Shown here piece by piece: positions 34,317 through 43,266 of a stretch of 64,000 bases of DNA; position 1 is the first letter of the stretch; each line of letters begins with the position of its first letter. The notes beneath the pieces were generated by a model. That model had not been told where the DNA came from. It searched no databases and saw only the letters and a list, made by a program, of their open reading frames with translations. A program made the translations under genes and the position numbers. Where the stretch lies: positions 195-64,194 of the forward strand of contig CAYRVP010000003.1 of assembly GCA_964427845.1 (NCBI GenBank), written 5' to 3'. Origin of the DNA: an uncultured Caldilineaceae bacterium (lineage in GTDB: Bacteria > Chloroflexota > Anaerolineae > Caldilineales > Caldilineaceae).

Positions 34317-35396
34317 CTAAATCAATTCCTCGCGCCCCTGCGCGCGCAGCATGTCGACGATCTGGCGCACGCGCTGCATCTGATGTTTGTGCCCAATCAG
34401 CAGCGCATCGCCCTCTTCAACAATGACCAGGTCATCCACGCCGATCAGGGCCACAACGCGCTTTTCCGTGAAGACGATGTTGCCGTAGCTCTCCAGCGAG
34501 ACGGCGTTGCCCAGGGCAATGAAGTTGTCGTCCTTATCACGCTGCAATACACTCTCCAGCGCGTCCCAACTGCCCACATCATTCCAGCCGGCCTGGAGCG
34601 GCGTCATGGCCATGCGCCGGGCGCCTTCCATGATGCCCACATCAATGCTCACGGAGTCCATCTGCGCCCACTGTTCGGCCAGCACGGCGCTTGCAATGGG
34701 GCTCTCCAGCGCATTGCCAATGGCGCGCAACTGCGCGTACAGCGCAGGCAACTGGCGCTCCAGCTCGGCGAGCATCACATCGACGCGAAAGACAAATATG
34801 CCGCCGTTCCAGTAGTAGCCGCCGTCGCGCAGAAAGCCTTCGGCGGTGGCACGGTCAGGCTTCTCGAGGAAGCGCTCCACATCATAGACGGGCGGGCCGC
34901 CGCTCGCCAACTCCGCAACCGGCGCACCCCGCTTGATGTAGCCATACCCTGTGTGCGCGAAGCCCGGCTCAATCCCCAGCGTGACCACGTAGCCTGCCTG
35001 CGCCGCCTCACCTGCGCGCGCAAGCGCCTGGCGAAAGGGCTCGCTCTGTGGAATCACATGGTCGGCGGGCAATACGGCGAGAACGGCATCCGGCTGCCGG
35101 CGCGCCAGGTGCACACATGCCAGGCCGATTGCCGGGGCTGTATTGCGCCCGCTGGGCTCGGCAAGAATCTGCGATGCGCTGAGCGCAGGCAATTGGTGCG
35201 TCGCGAGGTCGGCGTAGGCATCCCCCGTGACAACCCAAATGCGGTCGGGGGGAATCAGTCCCTCCAACCGATCGACGGTGGCTTGTATCATCGTACGCCC
35301 GGCGCCGGTGATGTCGCTGAATTGTTTTGGGTGCGCCTGGCGGCTGCGTGGCCACAGTCGGGTGCCCACGCCTCCTGCGAGGATGGCTGCGTACAC
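34317..35396 (-). CDS. Mannose-1-phosphate guanylyltransferase (nucleotidyltransferase domain only)
   Basis: YAAILAGGVGTRLWPRSR, QFSD, NTAPAIG, LPADHVI. GTG start preceded by GAGGAG. Confidence 0.8.
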   Translation of the reverse strand: MYAAILAGGVGTRLWPRSRQAHPKQFSDITGAGRTMIQATVDRLEGLIPPDRIWVVTGDAYADLATHQLPALSASQILAEPSGRNTAPAIGLACVHLARRQPDAVLAVLPADHVIPQSEPFRQALARAGEAAQAGYVVTLGIEPGFAHTGYGYIKRGAPVAELASGGPPVYDVERFLEKPDRATAEGFLRDGGYYWNGGIFVFRVDVMLAELERQLPALYAQLRAIGNALESPIASAVLAEQWAQMDSVSIDVGIMEGARRMAMTPLQAGWNDVGSWDALESVLQRDKDDNFIALGNAVSLESYGNIVFTEKRVVALIGVDDLVIVEEGDALLIGHKHQMQRVRQIVDMLRAQGREELI

Positions 35397-35505
35397 GATT
35401 CGATCTCCTCAGTGGGGATTGTACGCGGCCTTTCGCTGAAACGCAACCTGCAAAATGGCCGGCGTTTCGCCAATGTGTACCGGCGCGTCAACCCACGCCC
35501 ATGTA

Positions 35506-36591
35506 CTACGTGCGCACGTAGTGCATGGGCGACGGCTGGCGCGCCAGGCCCTTGATTTCCATGACGACCAGCAGGCTGCTCACCTGCGCCGAAGGCAGGC
35601 CCGCTGCCCGCACTATCTCGTCCATGTGGCGCGGCTCGGTGGTCAAATGCGCCAGCACGCGCGCCTCGTCGGGCTCGGCGGGAATTGCGGCGCGCACGGC
35701 GCGCTGGTAGCCCACACGCTCGATGTCCAGGAAACTGAGCACGTCGTCGATCGACAGCAGCGGCGTGGCCCCGTCGCGGATCAGGTTGTTGCAGCCCACG
35801 CTGCCCGAATTCAGGATGCTGCCCGGCACGGCAAAGAGCTCGCGCCCCTGCTCTGCAGCAAACTCGGCGGTGATTAGCGCACCACTACGCGAACCAGCCT
35901 CGACGATTACCACGGCGCGGCTGAGCGCGCTGATGATGCGGTTGCGCGGCGGAAAGTTGCGCGCATCAGGCTTGGTACCCAGCGCATAATCGCTCACGAT
36001 CGCGCCCTGCGCGGCTATGCTCTCGGCCAGCGCCCGATTCTGCGCAGGATAGAGTTCATCCAGGCCGCTGCCGAGCACGGCAATCGTGCGGCCCCCCGCC
36101 TCGAGCGCGGCACGGTGCGCCACGGTGTCCACGCCAAGCGCGAGCCCGCTCACGACGGTGACGCCGTTCTGCGCCAGCGCCGTGGCTACATTGTGCGCCA
36201 CCTCGCGACCGTAGGCCGAGGCGTGGCGCGTCCCCACAACAGCCACGGCCAGTTCATCCTGCGGCGTCAACGCGCCCCGTACGTAGATCACGGGCGGCGA
36301 GCGGTCGATTGTACGCAGCCCCTGGGGATACTCCGGATCATCCCACGTGTAGGCCGTTACACCGCTGCGTTTGACGCGTTCCAACTCGCGTGACGGCTCC
36401 TCCGTGCGGCGCGCGTCGAGGAGCGCCTCGATCGTCGTACGGTCGAGGCGGGCAGCGCGCAGGTCCTGCACCGACGAGCGCCACGCGGCCTCAATTGAGC
36501 CGCACTGCTCGAGCAGGGCGCGCAAACGCGCCGGGCCAATGCCATTGACACGATTGAAGGCAATCCAGTAGCCCGTGTTGTCGGCGCACAT
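35506..36591 (-). CDS. dprA: DNA-processing protein DprA (Smf)
   Basis: VVSGLALGVDTVAHRAALEAGGRTIAVLGSGLDELYP, Rossmann-like core, and a C-terminal winged-helix-like tail. Start set at ATG 36591. Confidence 0.85.
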   Translation of the reverse strand: MCADNTGYWIAFNRVNGIGPARLRALLEQCGSIEAAWRSSVQDLRAARLDRTTIEALLDARRTEEPSRELERVKRSGVTAYTWDDPEYPQGLRTIDRSPPVIYVRGALTPQDELAVAVVGTRHASAYGREVAHNVATALAQNGVTVVSGLALGVDTVAHRAALEAGGRTIAVLGSGLDELYPAQNRALAESIAAQGAIVSDYALGTKPDARNFPPRNRIISALSRAVVIVEAGSRSGALITAEFAAEQGRELFAVPGSILNSGSVGCNNLIRDGATPLLSIDDVLSFLDIERVGYQRAVRAAIPAEPDEARVLAHLTTEPRHMDEIVRAAGLPSAQVSSLLVVMEIKGLARQPSPMHYVRT

Positions 36592-36639
36592 TGGGGGCGG
36601 GGGCGAGAGTGGATGGAGACTGGAGATTGCAGGTTGCGT

Positions 36640-36728
36640 ATTGAAGATTGACGATTGAGAATTGAAGACAGCGAACGCGCTCACACAGCGCCAGTCATCA
36701 ATCTTCAGTCATCAATCATCGCTGTCTT
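36640..36728. repeat. Heptad-repeat element (ATTGAAG ATTGACG ATTGAGA ATTGAAG ... CAGTCAT CAATCTT CAGTCAT CAATCAT)
   Basis: Two perfect helices: 36642..36651 with 36698..36707 (10 bp) and 36665..36673 with 36720..36728 (9 bp). They cross one another, so they are either pseudoknotted or mutually exclusive. Lies in the rimM-dprA intergenic region. Confidence 0.8.
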
Positions 36729-36772
36729 AGCGCCTCGGGTATGGAGAAGGAGCGTCCATGCCCTCTTGGCGC

Positions 36773-37423
36773 CTAGTCGATCAGGCCGGGGATTAGGTGC
36801 ACTGTCATGCGGCGGGCAGGGACGTCCACTGCGCGCACGACCTCGTCAATCGCGGGCAGCAGCACTTCGCGCCCAGTCGCGGCACGCACCACATACACTT
36901 CATTGGCGCCGGTGAAGAGCACGTCGTAGATTGTGCCCAACGACTCGCCTTCCTCGGTGATAACTTCCATGCCCATCAGGTCATGCACCCAGTAGGCGTT
37001 TTCGTCCAGCGCTGCGGCTTCATCTTCGGGCACGAGCAGCCACTGGCCACGCAACAACTCGGCAGCGCCGCGGCTGCTCAGCTCCGAAAGCATGAGCAAC
37101 ATGTTGCCCTTGTGCGGCCGCGAGGAGAGCACTTCGACCTCATCCAGGTCGTCGCCCAGCAGCAGTTGGCTGCCCACATCAAAGCGCTCGGGAAAGTCGG
37201 TGAAGGACTCCACCTTGACCTCGCCGCGCATGCCGTGTACGCCCACAATGCGCCCAACGGCCAGGTAGCCTGCGGGCGCTACATGCGCCAGACGCGGCGT
37301 AACGTCCATCGGCTTGGGGGCCGAAGGCTTAAGACCCTGCGCTTTGGGGCGCGACGGCTGCTTTGCTTTGCTTGCGGGCGCTTCCTGAGTCATCTCAAGC
37401 AATCTGCGGGGCGCGTCAGTCAA
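36773..37423 (-). CDS. rimM: 16S rRNA processing protein RimM (with N-terminal basic extension)
   Basis: VGRIVGVHGMRGEVKV, FPERF, and a PRC-barrel C-terminal half. The first codon of the ORF is TTG; the true start may be ATG 37393. Confidence 0.8.
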   Translation of the reverse strand: MTDAPRRLLEMTQEAPASKAKQPSRPKAQGLKPSAPKPMDVTPRLAHVAPAGYLAVGRIVGVHGMRGEVKVESFTDFPERFDVGSQLLLGDDLDEVEVLSSRPHKGNMLLMLSELSSRGAAELLRGQWLLVPEDEAAALDENAYWVHDLMGMEVITEEGESLGTIYDVLFTGANEVYVVRAATGREVLLPAIDEVVRAVDVPARRMTVHLIPGLID

Positions 37424-37643
37424 TCTCCAGCATCACGGGCTTCTCTTCATTGCGCGCCGCCACCTGCAACAGCACGCGCATGGATCCTGCCACACGTCCC
37501 TGCTTGCCAATGACGCGACCCGTATCCTCGGGCGCAACTTCGAGCTTGAGAATCGTCGAGCGACGCATCTCCTTGCGGTAGACACGCACCTGCTCGGGAT
37601 GCTCAACCAGCGACTGCGCCAGGTATTCGATCAATTGTTCCAT
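37416..37643 (-). CDS. KH-domain RNA-binding protein (YlqC/UPF0109 family)
   Basis: 75 aa with VIGKQGR. Sits at the conserved position between rpsP and rimM. Confidence 0.85.
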   Translation of the reverse strand: MEQLIEYLAQSLVEHPEQVRVYRKEMRRSTILKLEVAPEDTGRVIGKQGRVAGSMRVLLQVAARNEEKPVMLEID

Positions 37644-37778
37644 GCGAGCTCACTCCCTTTCCACGGGCATTGCGCCCGGTGTACCAGGTGGAAGCGCGGC
37701 CCGGCCGGCCCATGGCAAATCAATTGCCGCAGGCCCGCCGGAGCAGCCGTATCTCGACAGCGAATCAGCGACCCGTCG

Positions 37779-38054
37779 TCAGGCCACGGGGAGCGCAGGC
37801 GCAACGAACTTGCCCTGTTCGTCCGTCACCTTGATCATCTTGAAGAGGCGAGCTACGCTGTCGCTCGGCTGCGCGCCCTGGCTCATCCAGTGCGCCACGC
37901 GCTCGCTCTTGACTTCCACCTTGGAGCCATTGGGGTCATAGGTGCCGATGATCTCGATGAAGCGACCGTCGCGCGGCGACTGTTGGTCGGCAATCACAAT
38001 ACGGTAAAACGGGGACTTCTTCGCGCCCATGCGGCGCAGGCGAATACGTACCAC
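37779..38054 (-). CDS. rpsP: 30S ribosomal protein S16
   Basis: (M)[22 protein letters not shown] start at 38054 preceded by AAGGAG. The longer ORF to 38177 would translate the repeat element. Confidence 0.9.
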   Translation of the reverse strand: MVRIRLRRMGAKKSPFYRIVIADQQSPRDGRFIEIIGTYDPNGSKVEVKSERVAHWMSQGAQPSDSVARLFKMIKVTDEQGKFVAPALPVA

Positions 38055-38127
38055 TTGGTCTTGCTCCTTACTGCAGAAATCGTTAGCGAAAGATTGACGT
38101 AAAATCGCAGATTCATGACTGACGATC

Positions 38128-38203
38128 GATAATTGAAGATTGATAATTGAAGATTGGCGATGCAGTGTGCACTTCAATCATCAATGATCAATCTTCAATA
38201 GTC
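38128..38203. repeat. Heptad-repeat hairpin (AATTGAAGATTGATAATTGAAGATTG / complement)
   Basis: An 11-bp perfect helix pairs 38133..38143 with 38188..38198. An inner 7-bp helix pairs 38146..38152 with 38172..38178. AT-rich. Lies in the ffh-rpsP intergenic region. Confidence 0.8.
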
Positions 38204-38246
38204 AATTACAGTTCGTCCGACTTTAGCACAAATCCCGCACATATCT

Positions 38247-39638
38247 TCAATTGCCCATGCCGCGGAACATGTCCATCATACCGCCCATGCCGCCGGGGCC
38301 CCCATTGCTGCCGCCGCGGCCCTTCTTCTTCCTGCCTTTGCCCCCGCCCATGATGCCCATCTGCTTCATCATTTTCTGCATGTCGCGGAATTGCTTCATG
38401 AGCTGATTGACGTCCTGCACCTCGACACCGCTGCCGGCCGCAATGCGGCGACGACGGCTGGCGTTGAGCAAGTCGGGCAGGCGGCGCTCGGCAATCGTCA
38501 TGCTGCTGATGATTGCTTCGGTGCGCTTGAGCGCTTTCTCGGTCTCGCGCGGGTCGACATCCTTGGCCACCTTGCTCATGCCGGGGATCATGCCCAGCAG
38601 ATCGCCCAGCGGCCCCAACTTCTTCACCTGCTTGAGCTGCTCCAGGAAATCCTCGAGGTCAAATTGTCCCTCGGTGAGGCGCTTTTCCATCGCCAGCGCC
38701 GAGTCCTCGGACATGTGCTCCTGCGCCCGCTCAATCAGCGAGAGCACATCGCCCATGCCCAGAATGCGGCCGGCGAGGCGGTCGGGCGCAAAGGGCTCGA
38801 GGTCGGCCAGCTTCTCGCCCGTGCCCAGAAACTTGATGGGCACGCCTGTAACCTGACGAATGCTCAGCGCTGCACCGCCGCGTGCGTCACCGTCAATCTT
38901 CGTCATAATCAGGCCAGTGAGTGGCACGCGCTTGTTGAAGCCCTCGGCCACATGCACGGCTTCCTGGCCGGTCATCGCATCCACAACCAGCAGGATGTCG
39001 GCCGGGCGCGTCACCATGCGCACCTGCTCAAGCTCCTGCATCATCGCGTCGTCAATTTGCAGGCGACCCGCGGTGTCCAGGATGACAACCGTGTAGGCCT
39101 TTTCGCGTGCAATGCGCAGCGCATTCTTGGTAATGGACGCAGCCGACACATCGGTGCCTTCGGCGTACACCGGAATGTCAATCTGCTTGCCCAGCAGTTC
39201 CAGTTGCTTGATGGCGGCAGGCCGGTAAATGTCGGCGGCGACCAACAAGGGACGCTGCCCCGCCTTCTTCAAGCGCAGAGCCAGCTTGGCGGCCATCGTC
39301 GTCTTGCCTGCGCCCTGCAGGCCCACGAGCATAATCGCGTGCGGCGGCTGTCCTGAGGTGTTGAGGGGCGCCGGCTTACCCAGCAGCTCCACCAACTCCT
39401 GGTTGACAATCTTGACAACCATCTGCGCAGGCGTGAGGCTCTCCATCACCTCGACGCCCACGGCACGCTGCTTGACGCGCTCGACAAAGTCCTTGACGAC
39501 CTTAAAGTTGACGTCGGCCTCGAGAAGCGCCATGCGCACCTCGCGCATGGCCACGGTGACGTCGCTCTCCGTCAGCTTGCCCTTGCTGCCCAGCCGCTCG
39601 AAGATTGCTTGCAGTTTGTCTGACAGATTCTCAAACAC
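38247..39638 (-). CDS. ffh: Signal recognition particle protein Ffh
   Basis: (M)FENLSDKLQ, GLQGAGKTT, DTAGRL, TKIDGDARGGAALS, and a Met-rich M domain with a GGG/K tail. GTG start. Confidence 0.95.
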   Translation of the reverse strand: MFENLSDKLQAIFERLGSKGKLTESDVTVAMREVRMALLEADVNFKVVKDFVERVKQRAVGVEVMESLTPAQMVVKIVNQELVELLGKPAPLNTSGQPPHAIMLVGLQGAGKTTMAAKLALRLKKAGQRPLLVAADIYRPAAIKQLELLGKQIDIPVYAEGTDVSAASITKNALRIAREKAYTVVILDTAGRLQIDDAMMQELEQVRMVTRPADILLVVDAMTGQEAVHVAEGFNKRVPLTGLIMTKIDGDARGGAALSIRQVTGVPIKFLGTGEKLADLEPFAPDRLAGRILGMGDVLSLIERAQEHMSEDSALAMEKRLTEGQFDLEDFLEQLKQVKKLGPLGDLLGMIPGMSKVAKDVDPRETEKALKRTEAIISSMTIAERRLPDLLNASRRRRIAAGSGVEVQDVNQLMKQFRDMQKMMKQMGIMGGGKGRKKKGRGGSNGGPGGMGGMMDMFRGMGN

Positions 39639-39806
39639 GAGTCACCACTTGGAACGCAGGCAAAAAGACCGCGCCTGTCTCGCAGGCGCAGACAACAGCA
39701 TAGTGTACCGTTCAAGTGGGTCTTCAGTCAACTTTGAGGCAGCGCGCGGCGGGTGCGGGCGCAACGGCGCAGCCGCTCGCATGCGGGACGAAACGAGAGG
39801 CTGCGC

Positions 39807-41168
39807 TTATGGCAGGGGCACCGTGCTGCCTGGCCCCGGTGTCAGCGTGGGGCCATCGGCAGGCGGCACTGTGGGCGTGGGCGGGATGCCCGCTTGCGGC
39901 AGATAAAGCAGTTGGCCGCGAATGATTACGTCTGAACCCAGGCAGTTGGCCCCGGCAATCTGCCGCACACTTGCGTTGCTGCGCACAGAGAGCGCAGAGA
40001 GCGTGTCGCCACGCTGCACGGTGTAGTTGCCCCAGCCGGCCGGGCGGCGCGGCGCACAGGGAATGGCCGTGGGCGCGGGGGCCGTGTCGGACTCGGCTTC
40101 CTGCACAACGGCGCGCACACCCTGCACTACATCGGCCTGCCCAGGCAGAATCTGCACGGTGAGCCACACCTGGTCGCCCGGTTGAAGGTCACCCTCAATG
40201 GTCATGGGCAGCGAGGCGGGGTCATTGGGGTTGGGCTGCCAGGAAGGCACGACGCGGATGTCGCCGAATTTGAGCAGGCGGCCGTCGTAACCCTCAAAAA
40301 CGAGGAAGACGCTCTCCTGATGAACGAGGGCGCCGAGAGCTTCGCCTGCCGCTTTGCGCTCCTCGGCGCGGCGTGCGCTTTCAGCAAAGTCGGCCTGAAT
40401 TGTCTCCGACGCGGCCGCCGAAACGGCGCCTACGCGATCAGGGTCCGACATGCTCAGATTCATCATCTTCACCCACGCCTTGATGGGGTAGGTGAGATCG
40501 CCCGGCAGCGAGGCATTTGTCGCCTGCCACAGCCCCAGCGACGACGTGAGCGCTATGCCCAGCGTCATGACGATGGGCGCAAGACGCATGTTGCCAAGGG
40601 TCAATGCATCCTGCAGGCGTCCCCACCAACCGAGCGGCCCCTGGTCGCGGTCCGCATTGGCTGTGCGGCCGTTGCGCTGTGGCCGACGCGCGCCGTCCAC
40701 CATACGATAGCCGGCCGGTGTGGCCGCGGCCTGCAGTTGCGGGCCCGCCAGCTCCTGGCGCGTGCGCTCGAGCAGAAGTTGATCCATAAACTGCTCGCGC
40801 CGCAGAGCCTGTCGCGCCGTGCTGCGGATGGGGAGGGGTGCATGCTGAATGGCTTCCATGGAGGCGCTGATGAGCAGCATGCCGCGCAGTTCATTCGCCT
40901 CTTGGGCGGTGTAGCTCGCCAGGATGGAGTCTATCAACTCGCCATCCTCAAGGCGCGCCACTGCATCGGCAAAGTGGTCTGCCATACGCTCTTCGAACAC
41001 GCTTTCGTATTGTTCGTCGTCTGGATACATCCGACTCGCCATATTCCCTGCGTGTGAAAAGCCCTCTTCAGCCATATGCATCCTGGCACTATCCTCTGCG
41101 GCGTCAATGAAGAGCGGCGGTGTGCGACGTGAATCAGCGGGTGTGAACAGCACGCTGCTGTTCAACAA
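39807..41168 (-). CDS. Probable anti-sigma factor: cytoplasmic N-domain, one TM helix, extracytoplasmic domain ending in LysM
   Basis: Immediately downstream of the ECF sigma gene. TM helix MRLAPIVMTLGIALTSSLGLW. C-terminal LysM YTVQRGDTLSALSVRSNASVRQIAGANCL. The first codon of the ORF is TTG; ATG 41081 or 41075 are alternatives. Confidence 0.55.
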   Translation of the reverse strand: MLNSSVLFTPADSRRTPPLFIDAAEDSARMHMAEEGFSHAGNMASRMYPDDEQYESVFEERMADHFADAVARLEDGELIDSILASYTAQEANELRGMLLISASMEAIQHAPLPIRSTARQALRREQFMDQLLLERTRQELAGPQLQAAATPAGYRMVDGARRPQRNGRTANADRDQGPLGWWGRLQDALTLGNMRLAPIVMTLGIALTSSLGLWQATNASLPGDLTYPIKAWVKMMNLSMSDPDRVGAVSAAASETIQADFAESARRAEERKAAGEALGALVHQESVFLVFEGYDGRLLKFGDIRVVPSWQPNPNDPASLPMTIEGDLQPGDQVWLTVQILPGQADVVQGVRAVVQEAESDTAPAPTAIPCAPRRPAGWGNYTVQRGDTLSALSVRSNASVRQIAGANCLGSDVIIRGQLLYLPQAGIPPTPTVPPADGPTLTPGPGSTVPLP

Positions 41169-41231
41169 CGGGTAGCAATGGTCAACAATGCTTCGGCAAT
41201 GGGTAGCGCGGGGCGGGGACGTGCCACGGCG

Positions 41232-41840
41232 CTACAGATGCAATTGTTCGTGCTCAAGCAGGTTTCGCAAGGTGGCGACTGCACGGTACTGCAGTGCCTT
41301 TATGGCCCCTTCGGTCTTGTTCATCATGGCTGCAACTTCAAATATGCTGTAGCCCTCGAGAAAGCGCAGGCTCAACACTTCCGACTGCTCATCCGTTAGC
41401 TGACGCATGGCAAAGCGAAGGCTCTCGGCAGTGAGCGCCTGTTCGGCACTTAGCGCCGGATTATCGTGTTCATTTGCGATATCCGGTGCGTCGTCCAGCC
41501 CGATTTGCGCATGACGGTCGCGCTGGCGGTACTGGTCAATCACCACGTTGTGGGCAATGCGGTAGAGCCAGCCCGAAAACGAACTGTGCCACGCCCGCCT
41601 GTCCCGAATTGCCTGCAGCATCTTGACAAAGACCTGCGCGGTCAAATCCTCCGCCAGCGGCTCATCACCAATCCGGCGATAAATGTAGCTAAAGATGCGC
41701 GCCTCGTAGCGATCATACAACTCGCCCAGGGCGACCTCATCATAGCCGGTTGCGGCCTCCAGGAGCTGTTCCTCGCTCCAGTCGGTCACAGGGCTGGGCG
41801 GCGCTTGCCGCAGTGGGTACACCTGCCCTCTGCTTAGCAT
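41232..41840 (-). CDS. ECF-type RNA polymerase sigma factor
   Basis: Region 2 (ALGELYDRYEARIFSYIYRRIGD, DLTAQVFVK, WLYRIAHNVVID) and region 4 (LTDEQSEVLSLRFLEGYSIFEVAAMM). Start set at ATG 41840. Confidence 0.8.
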   Translation of the reverse strand: MLSRGQVYPLRQAPPSPVTDWSEEQLLEAATGYDEVALGELYDRYEARIFSYIYRRIGDEPLAEDLTAQVFVKMLQAIRDRRAWHSSFSGWLYRIAHNVVIDQYRQRDRHAQIGLDDAPDIANEHDNPALSAEQALTAESLRFAMRQLTDEQSEVLSLRFLEGYSIFEVAAMMNKTEGAIKALQYRAVATLRNLLEHEQLHL

Positions 41841-42127
41841 GACGCAGCACCCGCCAAAAAAGTACGCCGAATTTCGCGCGGCGGGCAAACACGTGCCAAT
41901 TGCCCATCTGCGCAAGCGCCATCATCGGCCGCCGCGCAAGCTGCAGGCACGCGCAAAACACCGGTTTGCTCAAACCGGTCGCCAACTCGTAGATGGTGGA
42001 GTCTGTGAGACATGGACCTGCGCGACTCAAGCGCGGCGTGGCAGCGATGGACGATTCGACGTGTCGGCAATGAGTGTACGATGGCACTGCTGGCGCAACT
42101 TCAGGCTGCGGCGTTCCGGCAACATCC

Positions 42128-42769
42128 CTACGCGGGCTGCTTGTCCTTGGGCGCCGCCAGCACACCCTTGCCAAGCGCCCGCTCATTCTGCTGAATCTTC
42201 CAGTAGACCTGGTAGATGCGCTGCGCGGCCGTGAAATTCGTCAGCACGGCCATAATGAGCAGAACGGGCAGCATCCAACCAGTAAAAAGGCCAATGATGA
42301 GCAGCGCAATGCGCTCGGGGCGCTGCATCCAGCCCTCTTTGCACTCAATGTTCAAGGCCTCGGCGCGGGCGCGCGTATAGCTTACCATGAGCGAGCCGAC
42401 CACCGTGAGGAAGATCAGCATGAGCGGCCACTGCGAACCGACCACGCCTGAATAATTCCAGGCCAGTGCCAGAAAGGTGACGCTCTCCGAGTAGCGATCC
42501 AGCGTGCTGTCGAGAAACGCGCCAAAGGTGCTGGCTTGGGCCGTGGCGCGCGCCAGCGAACCATCGATCAAATCGAGCAGTGAGGCGACAAGGAGCAGCA
42601 CGCCACCCCACGCAAGCGCGCCCGTGGCCAGGACAATGGCGGTGATGATAGTCAACAGGAAGCCAGTATAGGTGACTGCGTTGGGCGTCACGCCGAGTCC
42701 ATACAAGCCATCGACGACCCACGCTACGGGCTTCTCCATCCATGCTCGGCCATACTTGGAAAGCCACAT
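42128..42769 (-). CDS. CDP-alcohol phosphatidyltransferase family protein
   Basis: D-x2-DG-x2-AR ... G-x3-D-x3-D motif: LLDLIDGSLARATAQASTFGAFLDSTLDRYSE. Polytopic membrane protein. Confidence 0.8.
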   Translation of the reverse strand: MWLSKYGRAWMEKPVAWVVDGLYGLGVTPNAVTYTGFLLTIITAIVLATGALAWGGVLLLVASLLDLIDGSLARATAQASTFGAFLDSTLDRYSESVTFLALAWNYSGVVGSQWPLMLIFLTVVGSLMVSYTRARAEALNIECKEGWMQRPERIALLIIGLFTGWMLPVLLIMAVLTNFTAAQRIYQVYWKIQQNERALGKGVLAAPKDKQPA

Positions 42770-43077
42770 GCAGCACTATCCTGTCACTCGACATCGCGCC
42801 CACACCGCACAACATGCTCAGGGTGGAGAAGCCTCGCGGCAAATCGATGGTTCGCCCACAGGCAGCGAGCCAGTCAACACATCTCCTGCAGTCATCTTAC
42901 ACGTCCGGCACGCGCACGTCAAGGAGGCGACACAGCGGCGCATTTCACTCTTGTGTCGTGACGAGATGCAAGCTGGTCCCCTTCCGGAACACCGGAGACG
43001 GGCGCAGCACAATTGCGCCATGCCCCAGACTTGACCTGCCAAGCCATTCGTGCGGCACGCAAGATTGCGCACATCTC

Positions 43078-43152
43078 GTAACGGCGGCTTGAGCCGCCGT
43101 TTTCATCCAGCGCCGCGGCATTGGTGAGAACGGCGGCTTAAGCCGCCGCTAC
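43078..43152. repeat. REPIN-like inverted pair of REP hairpins: GTAA-CGGCGGC-TTGA-GCCGCCG and (complement) GTAG-CGGCGGC-TTAA-GCCGCCG
   Basis: REP1 43078..43101 on the plus strand and REP2 43129..43152 on the minus strand, with a 27-nt spacer. Each has a 5' GTAR tetranucleotide followed by a GC-rich palindrome. Confidence 0.8.
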
Positions 43153-43202
43153 GATTTCGCTGTGAACTTGCGAGACGAATCACTTTGTGGCGTCGACACA
43201 AG

Positions 43203-43233
43203 GGGGCGGCGCTCCACGACCGAGCGCCGCCCC
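43203..43233 (-). terminator. Terminator-like hairpin after the FG-GAP gene (12-bp GC stem)
   Basis: GGGGCGGCGCTC / GAGCGCCGCCCC with a 7-nt loop, followed on the minus strand by CUUGUGU (weak U tract). Confidence 0.5.
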
Positions 43234-43266
43234 ATTCTCTTGTCACGCCTGCTCCGTCAGAGGGCC

